Origin: Minutocellus sp. GHC0000111
Lineage: Eukaryota
Assembly (NCBI GenBank): GCA_977018835.1
Contig: OZ361257.1
Coordinates: 1,612,001-1,676,000, forward strand
Length of the DNA stretch: 64,000 nt
Reading direction: 5' to 3'
Under the pieces are notes generated by a model. It saw only the letters and a list, made by a program, of their open reading frames with translations, did no database searches and was not told where the DNA came from. The position numbers were made by a program, and so were the translations under genes. The number at the start of each line of letters is the position of its first letter. The stretch's first letter is position 1. Of the stretch, positions 22,201 through 31,499 are shown one piece after another.

Positions 22201-23270
22201 GAAAAGTGCTGCAAAGGAAACAATTGAGCGGAAAGGTAGAAGGTGGCATGACAGCATTTCAGATCGACACGAGTAGTGATGGGAATAATGGCCATGTGGC
22301 TCGTACATTCATTTTCGTTTGCACTTATTCTGACGAGGGCGGGCCAAGTGGAAATGGCAAGATTTACGCCCTTGAATTCTGCAAAAAGAGAAAGCTCGGC
22401 GACGATCAAGGTCAACCACTATCAGTAATATGGGAGCGGGATGTTTGCGGAAAATTGAAGGGGTCGCCTGCGTGCTTCAGTATAGCAGAGGCTCATGAGG
22501 GCTGCCGGGCCAATGAAATGAAGTCTAGACTTCTTGTTGGAAGCTACGATGGTAGTCTTCGATATTTTGACGCTGTATCCGGGGAGCTTGTAGCACATCT
22601 TGATGATCTTGGTGGCGCGATCCACGCAACTCCTGCTATTTTTTGTCGAAACGATGGTAGTAAATGTGCACTTGTGGCATCTTCGACTTGGACAGGTAGA
22701 CTTTCCTGCATCCACTTACAGCACAAAGCAATGACAAAGCTCTGGTACTTTGACACTTGGGCGCCGATCTACGCATCGCCACTTATTTGCGAGAAAGGAC
22801 GAGAGAATCAGCGCATCGCTGTGTTTGGGGCAGTCGATGGTGCTGTTCGTTGTGTGGATCTTGAAGCTGGAGCCGTTGAAAAAGAACTATGGAGGGCCTC
22901 GGTGGGCTGTAGTAAACCCATATTTTCGGGATGTACGATGAATCGCAAAGACAATGATGAGGACGGCGATAGCATTGTCGTTGGGTCTCACGATGGCTCT
23001 GTTTCGTGCCTGTCAATTGAGGATGGCTCCTGTATCTGGCGATACCAAGGGATCGGATCTATTGTTGGAACCCCTGCCGTTGTTGGTGATGCGATCGTCG
23101 CTGTTTCTACATCAGGAGATGTTGTTTGTTTGGATTCAAAAAGTGGGGCGGTGAAGAAGAAATTGCCTGAGCCTGTCGACGGGGAGATATTCAGCAATGT
23201 TGCCACAAACAATTCGACGAGTGTGTTCTTTGGGGCTAGAGACTCATATCTCTACAAGATAGATCTCTAA
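19299..23270 (+). CDS. AASDH: AASDH/ACSF4-like NRPS-type enzyme: adenylation domain, phosphopantetheine carrier, PQQ-like beta-propeller
   Basis: YVLCTSGST, NLYGQTE, DTGDL, ILGR, GKIDR; carrier motif FSELGGDSM; propeller repeats (CVDAKP, VGSYDG, PIYASP, PIFSG, VGSHDG, GEIFS, FGARD). Confidence 0.88.
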   Translation: MAASATPTPSLISLFDSICASDGDSTAFVSAKNDGVGGIEVSPSSGHFARTEVGFSELREASIAIASELCHRHGVTQSKISSNNTLSTRGILVISDHPSAGEAAAVLACARLRVPFVPVDLVGPNRVGMKRLRSLLSDCDCKTAIVVVDASDTGPSTQGVEDQAGETAVDADETDDDFLTAPAMQTTADSQLDQHPAVKLLERAGIYRHVMISSRDGTLLNGLGISELELPESIVEETSASLRDPLYVLCTSGSTSSGQGQQKSGKAVAQTHGGLLNRIQWQWETFPFVQQMRRDIGFAETNALLDADGLLPTNDMVVRRTPLAFVDSICEIFATLLAGVPLYCPSSQLLRCEGLVGILDEAEHVGATRITCLPSQLSQMLRIGNTSSKSASWPWTSFNIAIVSGEPCPPSLPELWEKTMSDSSSSSACPRKLLVNLYGQTESSADVLCAVISKGGAGKSSNVSRFPHASKYLVLSDNGSALSGGNWWPPAKKDTQVTVDESLARSLRWTVPCGHPIHRHNVIVGFPQQRGEKDMKFAMGNLYVKGPGLALGYLNRQNENEKSFKEINGEQWLDTGDLAYLDDGTGIVYILGRSGDDVGKVIGKRGASLVGKINGVLVHTAEVEAIFSSALSEIIKRKEEKPSKVRETLSDDGLNVVAVIHQVKSADSDDTGATCSHPTRLSVFVDASSMPVSLLRQQAKALLLGKSSTCTQIPPKEAFAPAYQSLLDEVKAQLIGNDDLNSTDADSEFVCHPALVPHRFYLVSRMPRSGAAGKIDRSELVRLSSLPSEVHGQCTEHQVSADCPIYTMVSKTFQKILGLDSSSRNDLSFSELGGDSMMAIECAHKINQQLKKTKGIRVEHVSPIDVMELSVDKMRSLLLLGRETAKTRVAENRNEKPTSTEHLESLGDVVLSSTVCSGNAAGIHVNWKCRLLMCVDAKPLLVENTSRGNVVIVGSQGGDLLCCCSESGKVLQRKQLSGKVEGGMTAFQIDTSSDGNNGHVARTFIFVCTYSDEGGPSGNGKIYALEFCKKRKLGDDQGQPLSVIWERDVCGKLKGSPACFSIAEAHEGCRANEMKSRLLVGSYDGSLRYFDAVSGELVAHLDDLGGAIHATPAIFCRNDGSKCALVASSTWTGRLSCIHLQHKAMTKLWYFDTWAPIYASPLICEKGRENQRIAVFGAVDGAVRCVDLEAGAVEKELWRASVGCSKPIFSGCTMNRKDNDEDGDSIVVGSHDGSVSCLSIEDGSCIWRYQGIGSIVGTPAVVGDAIVAVSTSGDVVCLDSKSGAVKKKLPEPVDGEIFSNVATNNSTSVFFGARDSYLYKIDL

Positions 23271-23470
23271 ATCTTATTGTAGGTAATGCTGCCTCCTGAC
23301 AATGGATGGCAGGTGTTGTTAATTACATGCAATTATGAGAGTCAGTCTCTAAAAGGCTCTCCACTATTTTTCATCTCTTTCATAATCGAAATGTGCAATC
23401 CATTTTGTTTGTCAAAATATCTCTCTCCGATACGTATCTTTTTTTAACAGATTTCTTCTCAATCAAATAT

Positions 23471-26400
23471 TTACAGCCTATTATTTCCAAGTTTGAAGAC
23501 TCCTTCCACTAGATCGGCTCCTCGCTTTACAACAGTCTTCTCGATAGAACTTGCGTACGGAACTGGGGCGTTCGCCATGCACAGTCGCAGGACAGGCGCA
23601 TCAAGCAAATCTAAGAGCTTCTCCGAAATAGCAGCGCTGACAGTCGCGCCGACGCCACCACTCTCAGTACTCTCGTCCAGAATTATGAGCTTATTGGTAC
23701 GAGCGAGGCTCTTCTCAATTGATTCCATATCGAGAGGCTTTAGCGAACGAAGCTCGATTAGATCGATGTCCAGGCCCTCTTCCTTTATCTCGTCCAGCGA
23801 TGTGAGAGCCTCCTTGACTCCATGCAGGTAGGTGAGGACGGTGACAGCTTTCCCCGCCTTGATGCTTTCTTCCGAAGCTTCGTGAAGCAAAGCATTCTTG
23901 AGTGGTAGGCATCGGCCCTGGTCGATGGAGCCCTTCGTTTCCTTCATCATTTTAACTGGAGCAATGAGGAAGCACGGACCATTATCACGGATCATGCTCT
24001 TGGTGAGACCATAGGCCGCAGCGGGAGAGGCTGCGGTGGCAATTTTGAGTCCAGGAATGCCCATAATATATGCATGGAGGGGCTGGCTATGTTCTGCGCC
24101 AAGTGCCTGGTCTGGAGCTGTACCACCGGCGCCAACGATTGTGAGGGGCATATCGTATTGGCCGCCTGTCTGAAGGTAAGTGTTACCAGCAGAGGAAATC
24201 TCAGCCATGCCGTAGATTCCAAAGTTGGTGTTCATGAGCTCAATGATGGGACGGAATCCATTCATTGCTTCTCCAATGGACTTTCCGATGAAATGACCCT
24301 CGTCAATAATTTCGTCGGCAGCACGGATTTGGCCATAAGTCTGCTGCGTCATGGACGGGATGCCATCTGTAACATAATCGATTGCGATTAAAAGGAGAAA
24401 GTAGAAAAGAAGAAGATGGTTAAAATAGAAATTTCTAGATATGGATAGATAGATAAGGAGACAAGTCAGAGTCAACCGGATGCGAATCAATGTGCAGAAC
24501 AATTGTCATTAAAAAATTGTTCTGCGAGACGAACATTACTCACAAGAAGATCCAGCCTGCAGATCCTCGGCGTGCATAGTCGTGGTGGGGTCGCGGAGCA
24601 TTTCCTCGTGGATGGCTAAATTCATTAACTCGGCAATTGTAAGCTCCCCGGCGTTGGACTTGGCATACATCACTTCGAGGTGCTCATTGATGGCAACCAT
24701 TTGCTCTGGGCTAATGGTACGCTGATTCACCTCCTGGGCAAAGTATGGAGGTGGGCGGGCATTGTAATCTGTGTCGATCGCATCAGGGTATTCAAGCTCA
24801 AAGGCAAGCTCTCCTTTGGGCATTGTAGACTCGTCCGAGAATTGTACTGCCTCCTTGATTTTCGCCATGACTTCCTTCCGAGCAGCCTTGAGCTCGTCTT
24901 CGGTGAAAACGCCTCTGGACGTATACTTTTCCTCAAAGATTCGAACTGGATCCTGCTCTGCCCTTGCCCACATCTTCTCATCCTTACGTCCTCTCTCATT
25001 CTCTGGATCTGCGGGCGAGTGACCCATGAAACGGTAAGTATGAACCTGAAGAATGGCAGGCCCCTTGCCACTACGGACGTAGTCGACAACAGCCTTGCCA
25101 GCCTTTGCAACGTCTTCTGCATTAGCACCATTGACGTAGATGCCTGGTACACCGTATCGTTCGCCGGCGCGATACACTTCGCGATTTGCCGAGACGTCAT
25201 CTGTAAAAGTGTTGATCGCACGGCCATTGTCAATGTTAAAAATTAGAAGTGGAAGCTTGTCCTTGGCAGCGGCGTTGAGAAGTTCAGTTAGACGGCCGTT
25301 CTGTGCACCACCCTCTCCAACAAAGACAACGCTGATTCGATCATCGTCGACGGGAGAGGGGAGATCTTGCTTCTCCATACTTTCGTCATCCGAAATACCA
25401 AGAGCTCGCTCGATGAGGATTGATTTGGCGGCTCCTGTGGCGTACGGTAGTTGCTCTGCAACCAGAGCCCAGCCACCTTGGAAGTATCGAGGCTTGTCGA
25501 AGATGTGCATTGAACCTCCTGCGCCTTTGCAGAGTCCTGTCTCCTTCATACAGAGCTCGGCCATGACCAGCTTGGGGTCGACACCACTGGCAATGGCGTG
25601 GCAGTGCTCACGATAGTAGGAGTACTTCTTATCCTCGTTCTTGATTGCATAATCAATTAAGCCGGGGATGGACTCTTGGCCGTTGTCCAAATGCATGAAA
25701 CCCCTGATCTTGCCCTGCATATACTGTTGGTTGCATGCAAGCTCAAAGTTGCGGGCTTTTGAATGAAAAGGCAAGGAACGATGAATGGATAGATGTATGT
25801 GAGAGAGTGAGAGGCGACCTTGCATTCATCAGCTGCATGAAGAGGTAATAGCGAAACAAAGATTGCAACGCAGTGACAAATCCATGTTTTCACTCACCCA
25901 GTACAATGGATTTGTACAGCTTTAGGAGAGCAGACTTATCTTTCTCCAACTCGTCGCTATAGGCCATGACCTCTTGTTTCGAGTAGCCAAACATATCAAT
26001 GAGCTGCTCGCCAATCCGTTCCCAATTCATCCAGTCGATCGGTGGTCGCATGGGAACGTAGAGTTCTGTTTCAACCTCCTGTGCCTGTGGGACTCGGAAT
26101 CCATTGTGTTTTGGTGCGATAAATTCTTTTAGTTCGGTCAGATCTTCAACCTGAAGAGCAACATCCGTAGAGTTGACTGTAGATACTCGCGATGCCACCA
26201 GCAGTCTGCTGCCGACGATTGCTTTCGAGAGCGATGGATCAGTCGTTACCAGAGGCTTCGCTGCTCGAGGATTGCGCAGTCGATGGAGCGTTGGAGTGCT
26301 ATTGTAGAACATGTTTGGATGAGCGACATGAAGATTCGGGATCCACAAAAAATATGCGGGTGCGAGGAAAAGCAAAGAAATGAATTTTAATGGCTCAATG

Positions 26401-26686
26401 AGATTCTGAATATCTCACTCAACACTCCACACATGCATGGGAGGCGAGTGGAGCAAGGAAATCTTGTGTGGGTTGTACACACCAATACATCGATACTACA
26501 AATAGATATCTGAACAAAGTCCGCAACCGACGAGCTCTCATTCGCATCGGCTGCTGCAGCGTGGGATCGAATCTTTACGAATCGAACCAACGACGTCCAA
26601 AGCTTTGTAGCAAAAGCACGAACTTACACAAAGGCGGCAGACGAGCCGAAGAGAGCGGGTGCTATCGAATATCGACGGAAGCGCAT
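23471..26686 (-). CDS. Plastid-targeted pyruvate dehydrogenase E1 alpha-beta fusion
   Basis: Four exons (26686-26628, 26298-25898, 25755-24544, 24366-23471) with phase-compatible GT-AG introns. Presequence GSSAA-FVTP. Alpha motifs GKIRGFMHL..GQE, YREH, GGSMH, GEGG..NG..N, YRFMGHS; beta motifs GAEHSQ, ELRSLKPLD. Confidence 0.9.
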
Positions 26687-27047
26687 CTTTCAGTGTTGGC
26701 GTTTGTAATTCGATCTTGTTGTTTATGGCTTGGCTGGATCCGCCACGCCTTCGCATCCGTACAAGCGTGTGCGTACTCCGACCGACTTTGTTGCCGCGGA
26801 GGGTTCTCTTCCACCGAACCGAACTTTGGCCAATGGCGCGTTTTTTGTCCGATGTCCTTGCTGACGTCATTACATGTATGCTGAAACCGCTGGCCTCTGG
26901 GCTGGATTGCTGCCTGCCATCCATGCCTTTCGATTTCAGCCAGAGGCGGCGAGTGATGAGACCGTCCAAATCTGCGTTTATTAAAGTGGTACGTCGTACA
27001 TGTAGGAGATAAATCTGCAATCTAATAGATCTGGAATCTAATAAATT

Positions 27048-28325
27048 TTATATCAATGCCCCGACGACGCTCCAAAGCTCACCATTTTCTTTTAGATTCT
27101 TTTTCTTTCTCTTCCCCCTCATCGAGTCCGTGCCATCCTTATCTGCCCCCTCTGTACCGGTAGATCTAAATGCATCTAAGCTTTCTGCCATGATCATCTT
27201 TCGTTGCCGGAGCGGGCCTGATCGGCGCCAGCCGCTTGATCGAAGCTCTACTAGATCCATTATCATGAACCTCAGCCTGTTCGTCAGCCTTCGATTCATC
27301 ACATCTTGATCGTCCTGTGCATTTCCAGCCATGTCGGTCAAATCATGGAGGGCTTCCCAACAACCAATTTCCTCTAAAGTTGTCGATAGGGGTGGCATTT
27401 CCAGTTTAAAACCCATTCTATCAAGGACAAGAACCAGAGCCTCCAAACGCACCTCCCTTTCCTCTTCACTTGGAGACGACGATGAGGGCTGACCAGATAT
27501 TGATAGCAGAGTTGAGGCTCGAGACCGCTCAGTAGTAATTTCAAGGCCTGCCAGCCTGCAGAGGATATGCACAAAGTCAGTGATGGTTTGCACATTAACA
27601 AGGCCACATTTGAACATCTCAGCGATAAATAATACGTGGTTGAGATACAGCTTCTTCGCAAGGAGAGCTCGCCAATCGTCGTCGTCGACATCAGCATCAT
27701 TCCGATGCACTCGAACGTCTACGCCCTCATTTCCAGTCACACTGTCACTAGGTCTACCAATGCCCCTCATCAATACCGATAATATAGGATGCTGCTGGTC
27801 TTCTCCTGCACCCTCAGTACCACCACCACCACCCGTCCCCCTACCAACATCTCGCCCAACAATAATTTCCTGACACTCCTCCATCAGAACATCATGAAAC
27901 GAAGGAAATGACCCAAAGCAGGAAGGGACAGTCCACCACTCCGACGAAAGCCGATGGCAGAGCTTGGCATACATGGACGAGTACCTCGCTCCGTCCTCGG
28001 CGGCACGGTCGACGATGGCGTGGACGGCATCGCGGAGGAATCGGTCGTGATCGCGCCCGTAGTTGGTACTACATATAGTGTGATGGACGCACCCATGCTC
28101 GTGGACAAAGGTTAGGTATTGCGACACATGCAGCTCAAAGTTGGTCGGCGTTAGTTTGTTGAGAAGGAGGACTAGCCGGCGCTTGTGCAGTCGATGCTGC
28201 TGTTCTACGTCCTCGCCGGTCGTGCCGACGCCGGTAGATGCGCCTGTCGCGGCAGGCGAAATGAGGGATGCTGCAGCAGCGGCCGGAGAGCGTGTGGAAG
28301 CGGGCTGGTCGTCGTGGAGCGTCAT
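27048..28325 (-). CDS. Stand-alone MIF4G-domain (eIF4G middle domain-like) protein
   Basis: LLNKLTPTNF, YSSMYAKLC, FIAEMFK and RLRFMIMDLVELRSSGW match the eIF4G HEAT-1 pattern. Confidence 0.8.
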   Translation of the reverse strand: MTLHDDQPASTRSPAAAAASLISPAATGASTGVGTTGEDVEQQHRLHKRRLVLLLNKLTPTNFELHVSQYLTFVHEHGCVHHTICSTNYGRDHDRFLRDAVHAIVDRAAEDGARYSSMYAKLCHRLSSEWWTVPSCFGSFPSFHDVLMEECQEIIVGRDVGRGTGGGGGTEGAGEDQQHPILSVLMRGIGRPSDSVTGNEGVDVRVHRNDADVDDDDWRALLAKKLYLNHVLFIAEMFKCGLVNVQTITDFVHILCRLAGLEITTERSRASTLLSISGQPSSSSPSEEEREVRLEALVLVLDRMGFKLEMPPLSTTLEEIGCWEALHDLTDMAGNAQDDQDVMNRRLTNRLRFMIMDLVELRSSGWRRSGPLRQRKMIMAESLDAFRSTGTEGADKDGTDSMRGKRKKKNLKENGELWSVVGALI

Positions 28326-28769
28326 TTTCAGCAAACTAGAAGTTAGGGTACTCTTCTATCTATAGATCCAGGGGCGGGGAGGGAGATCTTCTGGGTTGCA
28401 AATGACACGCTCGGGGCTGGGGAACTTCGAGCCACGTGCTCGAGCGCTTGAATTACTGACTGAACTGACTGGCTCCTCATCGCTTCCTCTTTACATTATC
28501 AAAAACCAAAAGGACACCACAAAGGAGGAAAAAGCGCATCGATGACCCCACAAAAACGAGACAAACAGCAAGAAGGCGGGGCCTATCTCCTGAACCGAGT
28601 TATTCCAGCCATCTTTCTTTGTTTCTTTGCCAGCGCGCAACATAGCCTATCAGCTCGTAAAAAGAGACGCCTTAATTTACTTCAATTTAATGGCTCCGGC
28701 TGAGGGTTTGCAGTTTCATCTGAGATTTTTATCTTTGGAATCGTCTTACTAAGTAGTAGGTAAACAAAA

Positions 28770-30143
28770 ATGCCGAGCAGGGGCGCCTGGCGGCACTTCG
28801 ACCCAATGCCGCCGGCATCGGCATCATCGGCAGAGCCGCCGTCTCCTTCTAGGAAAACTGCCTTCGGCCGCCGTGGCAAGAATATCGCCGGGGCGGCCCT
28901 CTCTCTCGTGGCTCTCGTGTATTTGACGCTGTCGCCCTCAGATGGCGGTGGTAGTGGAAACTTTGACTCGACACGTAGAGCCTCTCCGGGCGACAACATT
29001 GGTCGCAGCCGGAAGCTCGATCTGAAGCAGGTCCGGGACTTGACGGATGAGATCGAGAAGAAATCCTCAACGCCCTGGCTCTTCGTCGTACCGCGGCCCT
29101 GGTTACACGATCAGCTCTTCCAGTACGCATCAGCGTTGGGTATGTGGATCGAGAATGGCGGTCCCTTGCGGTCTGGCCTTTGCATTGCGACCAAGGCTCA
29201 TCATGAAGACGGCAAGGAATACGCCGACTATCTTCACGAGTACATCTCGACGCCACTAATGCCTCCCTGCCGGCCCTCCCTTTCGAACGACGATGAGTTG
29301 GACGGTCCATTCGGATCATCTGGCTCGATCGTTGAGGGTGCACAGATGGGTTTGGCACCCTACGTGCCTTTTGACTTGAACCACCCATCGTACAAGAATG
29401 CCAATACCGTCCTCCTCCAGCATGTCCACCTCCGATCTCATAAGTATTTCGATAAGCTCCCAATGAAGTCCCTCTTCGAGTTTCGCAGAGATCTCCGAGA
29501 GTCTGCGAGGCAGATCATCGATGATGCTCGAGGTGGCAAGGAAAATGCCGTTGTCGTTGGAATTCATGTTAGCTTCGCCGCCAGTCCAGGCATTACCAAG
29601 CAAGCCCCCGAGCAATTCTACGAGTTGGCCATGTCCTATTTCATGGGGAAGGATGGCGTTATCTTCGTTGTTACCTCCGACAATATGGAACTTGCCAAGT
29701 CCATGCCAGCCGTTAACCGTCCCAACGTGAACGTCGTCTTCGCTCCCGATCATCAGGACCCCACTTCCTACTACAATTCTGTCGAGGTCATCCGCGATGT
29801 TGCCACTCTGGCTGCGGCGGATCATGTCATCGCCTCTACCGGCAGCACCGGCTGGTGGGGTGGTTACCTCGGAGAAGGCACTGTCGTCGCGTATCAAGAT
29901 GTGTTCGCCCCGGCACTACAGAACAAGGACTCATCGTTCAGGGATACCATCATCGAAGACTATTTCCCACCGGCTTGGATTTTGGTAGGTGATGACTTTA
30001 TTGCCACAACTGGCATACTAAATGCCGATCGTAGGCGCAGGGCCGCGGTTCGAGAAGAAGTGAAAGAGGCCGAGGCCAGGGCCAAGAAACAGGAAGAGCT
30101 TGGCGAGCAGCATTCGACAGAGGAGAGCAACAGGGCGAGGTGA
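28770..30143 (+). CDS. Divergent glycosyltransferase family 11 (alpha-1,2-fucosyltransferase-like) type II membrane protein
   Basis: N-terminal TM; QLFQYASALG, VVGIHV, FYELAMSYF, FVVTSDN, D.ATLAAADHVIASTGSTGWWGGYL and DYFPPAW follow the GT11 motif order. Confidence 0.7.
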   Translation: MPSRGAWRHFDPMPPASASSAEPPSPSRKTAFGRRGKNIAGAALSLVALVYLTLSPSDGGGSGNFDSTRRASPGDNIGRSRKLDLKQVRDLTDEIEKKSSTPWLFVVPRPWLHDQLFQYASALGMWIENGGPLRSGLCIATKAHHEDGKEYADYLHEYISTPLMPPCRPSLSNDDELDGPFGSSGSIVEGAQMGLAPYVPFDLNHPSYKNANTVLLQHVHLRSHKYFDKLPMKSLFEFRRDLRESARQIIDDARGGKENAVVVGIHVSFAASPGITKQAPEQFYELAMSYFMGKDGVIFVVTSDNMELAKSMPAVNRPNVNVVFAPDHQDPTSYYNSVEVIRDVATLAAADHVIASTGSTGWWGGYLGEGTVVAYQDVFAPALQNKDSSFRDTIIEDYFPPAWILVGDDFIATTGILNADRRRRAAVREEVKEAEARAKKQEELGEQHSTEESNRAR

Positions 30144-30449
30144 TTGGTGGGTTGAGAAAACATCCAGAGCAGGAACGGAAGTAGGAATTCCTATGTAAAT
30201 ATTTTATTTCCACTGTCTACTACCGATAACCCCATCACATTGTCGCCTTCCATTCCTGTCGTCTGCCCGTCCGTGCTTGCACTGGCACCACCATAACTGG
30301 GAGATTGGTATGGTATTGACTGTTAACGACGCCAAGCAAGCGGCGGCGCGGCGGCCAAGAGCGGGAGAGCGAGGAGCGAGCAGGTGCTGGCGACCTCATT
30401 CTCCAGAGGGGACGGGGACGGGGACGCTCTGGTCACACCAGCCATCGCC

Positions 30450-31328
30450 ATGGTACTAGTACCAAGTCTCTCAAGCATATACCACCTCCTTTTGCTGAGC
30501 GTCCTCCCATCATTTTGCATGGCTTTTGCAGGTCCAGCATCTGTTGGTCGACTCAGTAGTTTGCGCAAGGGTACTCTTGCGTTCACCTTGAGAGCCGAGA
30601 TGAGCACCTCATCAGCGAACACGCACGATTTACCTGCACGGTTCCGCATACTTGCTCTGCATGGCAAGGGTGGCACTGGTGCATCCTTCGAACGATCATT
30701 GGAGCCGCTAGTAGCAGCTTTGAATGATGGGCTGTCTTCGCATGATATCATCGTTGATTGGGACTTTCCGACGGCGCCTTACTCTCTGGGTACCGATGAA
30801 TCGGCTGGGCGGGCATGGTGGGAACTCCCAGCCGGTGAGCGGTCGTTTACTGCCTCCGAGTACATTGGATATGAAGAGAGCGCATCACTTATCGAAGAAA
30901 AGTTGTGTTCAGGAGATGGCTACGATGTGTTGATCGGTCACAGCCATGGTGCAATATTATTGTCAGCCCTGCTCGCAACCAATCGGATGGCATTGTTGCC
31001 TCGGCATCCCAGGGCATATATCTTCAATGGTGCTGCAATTCCAAATCCTTTCAAGGATGACCTTACCGATGTCCAGCCACCACCAGAAGTAACAAAGAAA
31101 TCCGAGACATTGTTTGTTGTGGGTCACGACGATCAAATCAATCCTCCAGAGGGCGCATTACACGTAAGAGACTGCTTCGAAAAGGGCGGAATGAAGGTAG
31201 CAACCATATTCCATCCTGGCGGACATTCTGTTCCCATAAGAGACAAAGAGGCGCTCAATAGTATGGTAGAATGGATTGTTGATACTTCTGTCAAGAAACG
31301 GGCTGAGGCATCAAGCTCTCGGTTGTAA
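30450..31328 (+). CDS. FSH1/OVCA2-family serine hydrolase, possibly plastid-targeted
   Basis: RILALHGKG, FPTAP, RAWW, GHSHGA, GHDD and HPGGH; signal-like N-terminus ending CMA-FAG. Confidence 0.85.
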   Translation: MVLVPSLSSIYHLLLLSVLPSFCMAFAGPASVGRLSSLRKGTLAFTLRAEMSTSSANTHDLPARFRILALHGKGGTGASFERSLEPLVAALNDGLSSHDIIVDWDFPTAPYSLGTDESAGRAWWELPAGERSFTASEYIGYEESASLIEEKLCSGDGYDVLIGHSHGAILLSALLATNRMALLPRHPRAYIFNGAAIPNPFKDDLTDVQPPPEVTKKSETLFVVGHDDQINPPEGALHVRDCFEKGGMKVATIFHPGGHSVPIRDKEALNSMVEWIVDTSVKKRAEASSSRL

Positions 31329-31499
31329 TGTAAAATCTGTCTTATGGCCGGCACCCGAGCTCTTGCTCACTTGTTATTATGTGATCTTCACAGAGCAACA
31401 TAGTTTTATTGTTCTATAATAATATGTAATAGCTATTGTGATGATTAAGTATCCAATATGTATAAATGTGAAATAAGTTCGAAAATATTGCCACCGTAA

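Noticed and set aside
16629..23270. Head-to-head PQQ-type dehydrogenase and AASDH as a PQQ or NRPS biosynthetic cluster
   Set aside because: AASDH is a widespread housekeeping gene whose propeller is only PQQ-like. One protein is secreted and the other apparently cytosolic, and no pqq or tailoring genes are present.
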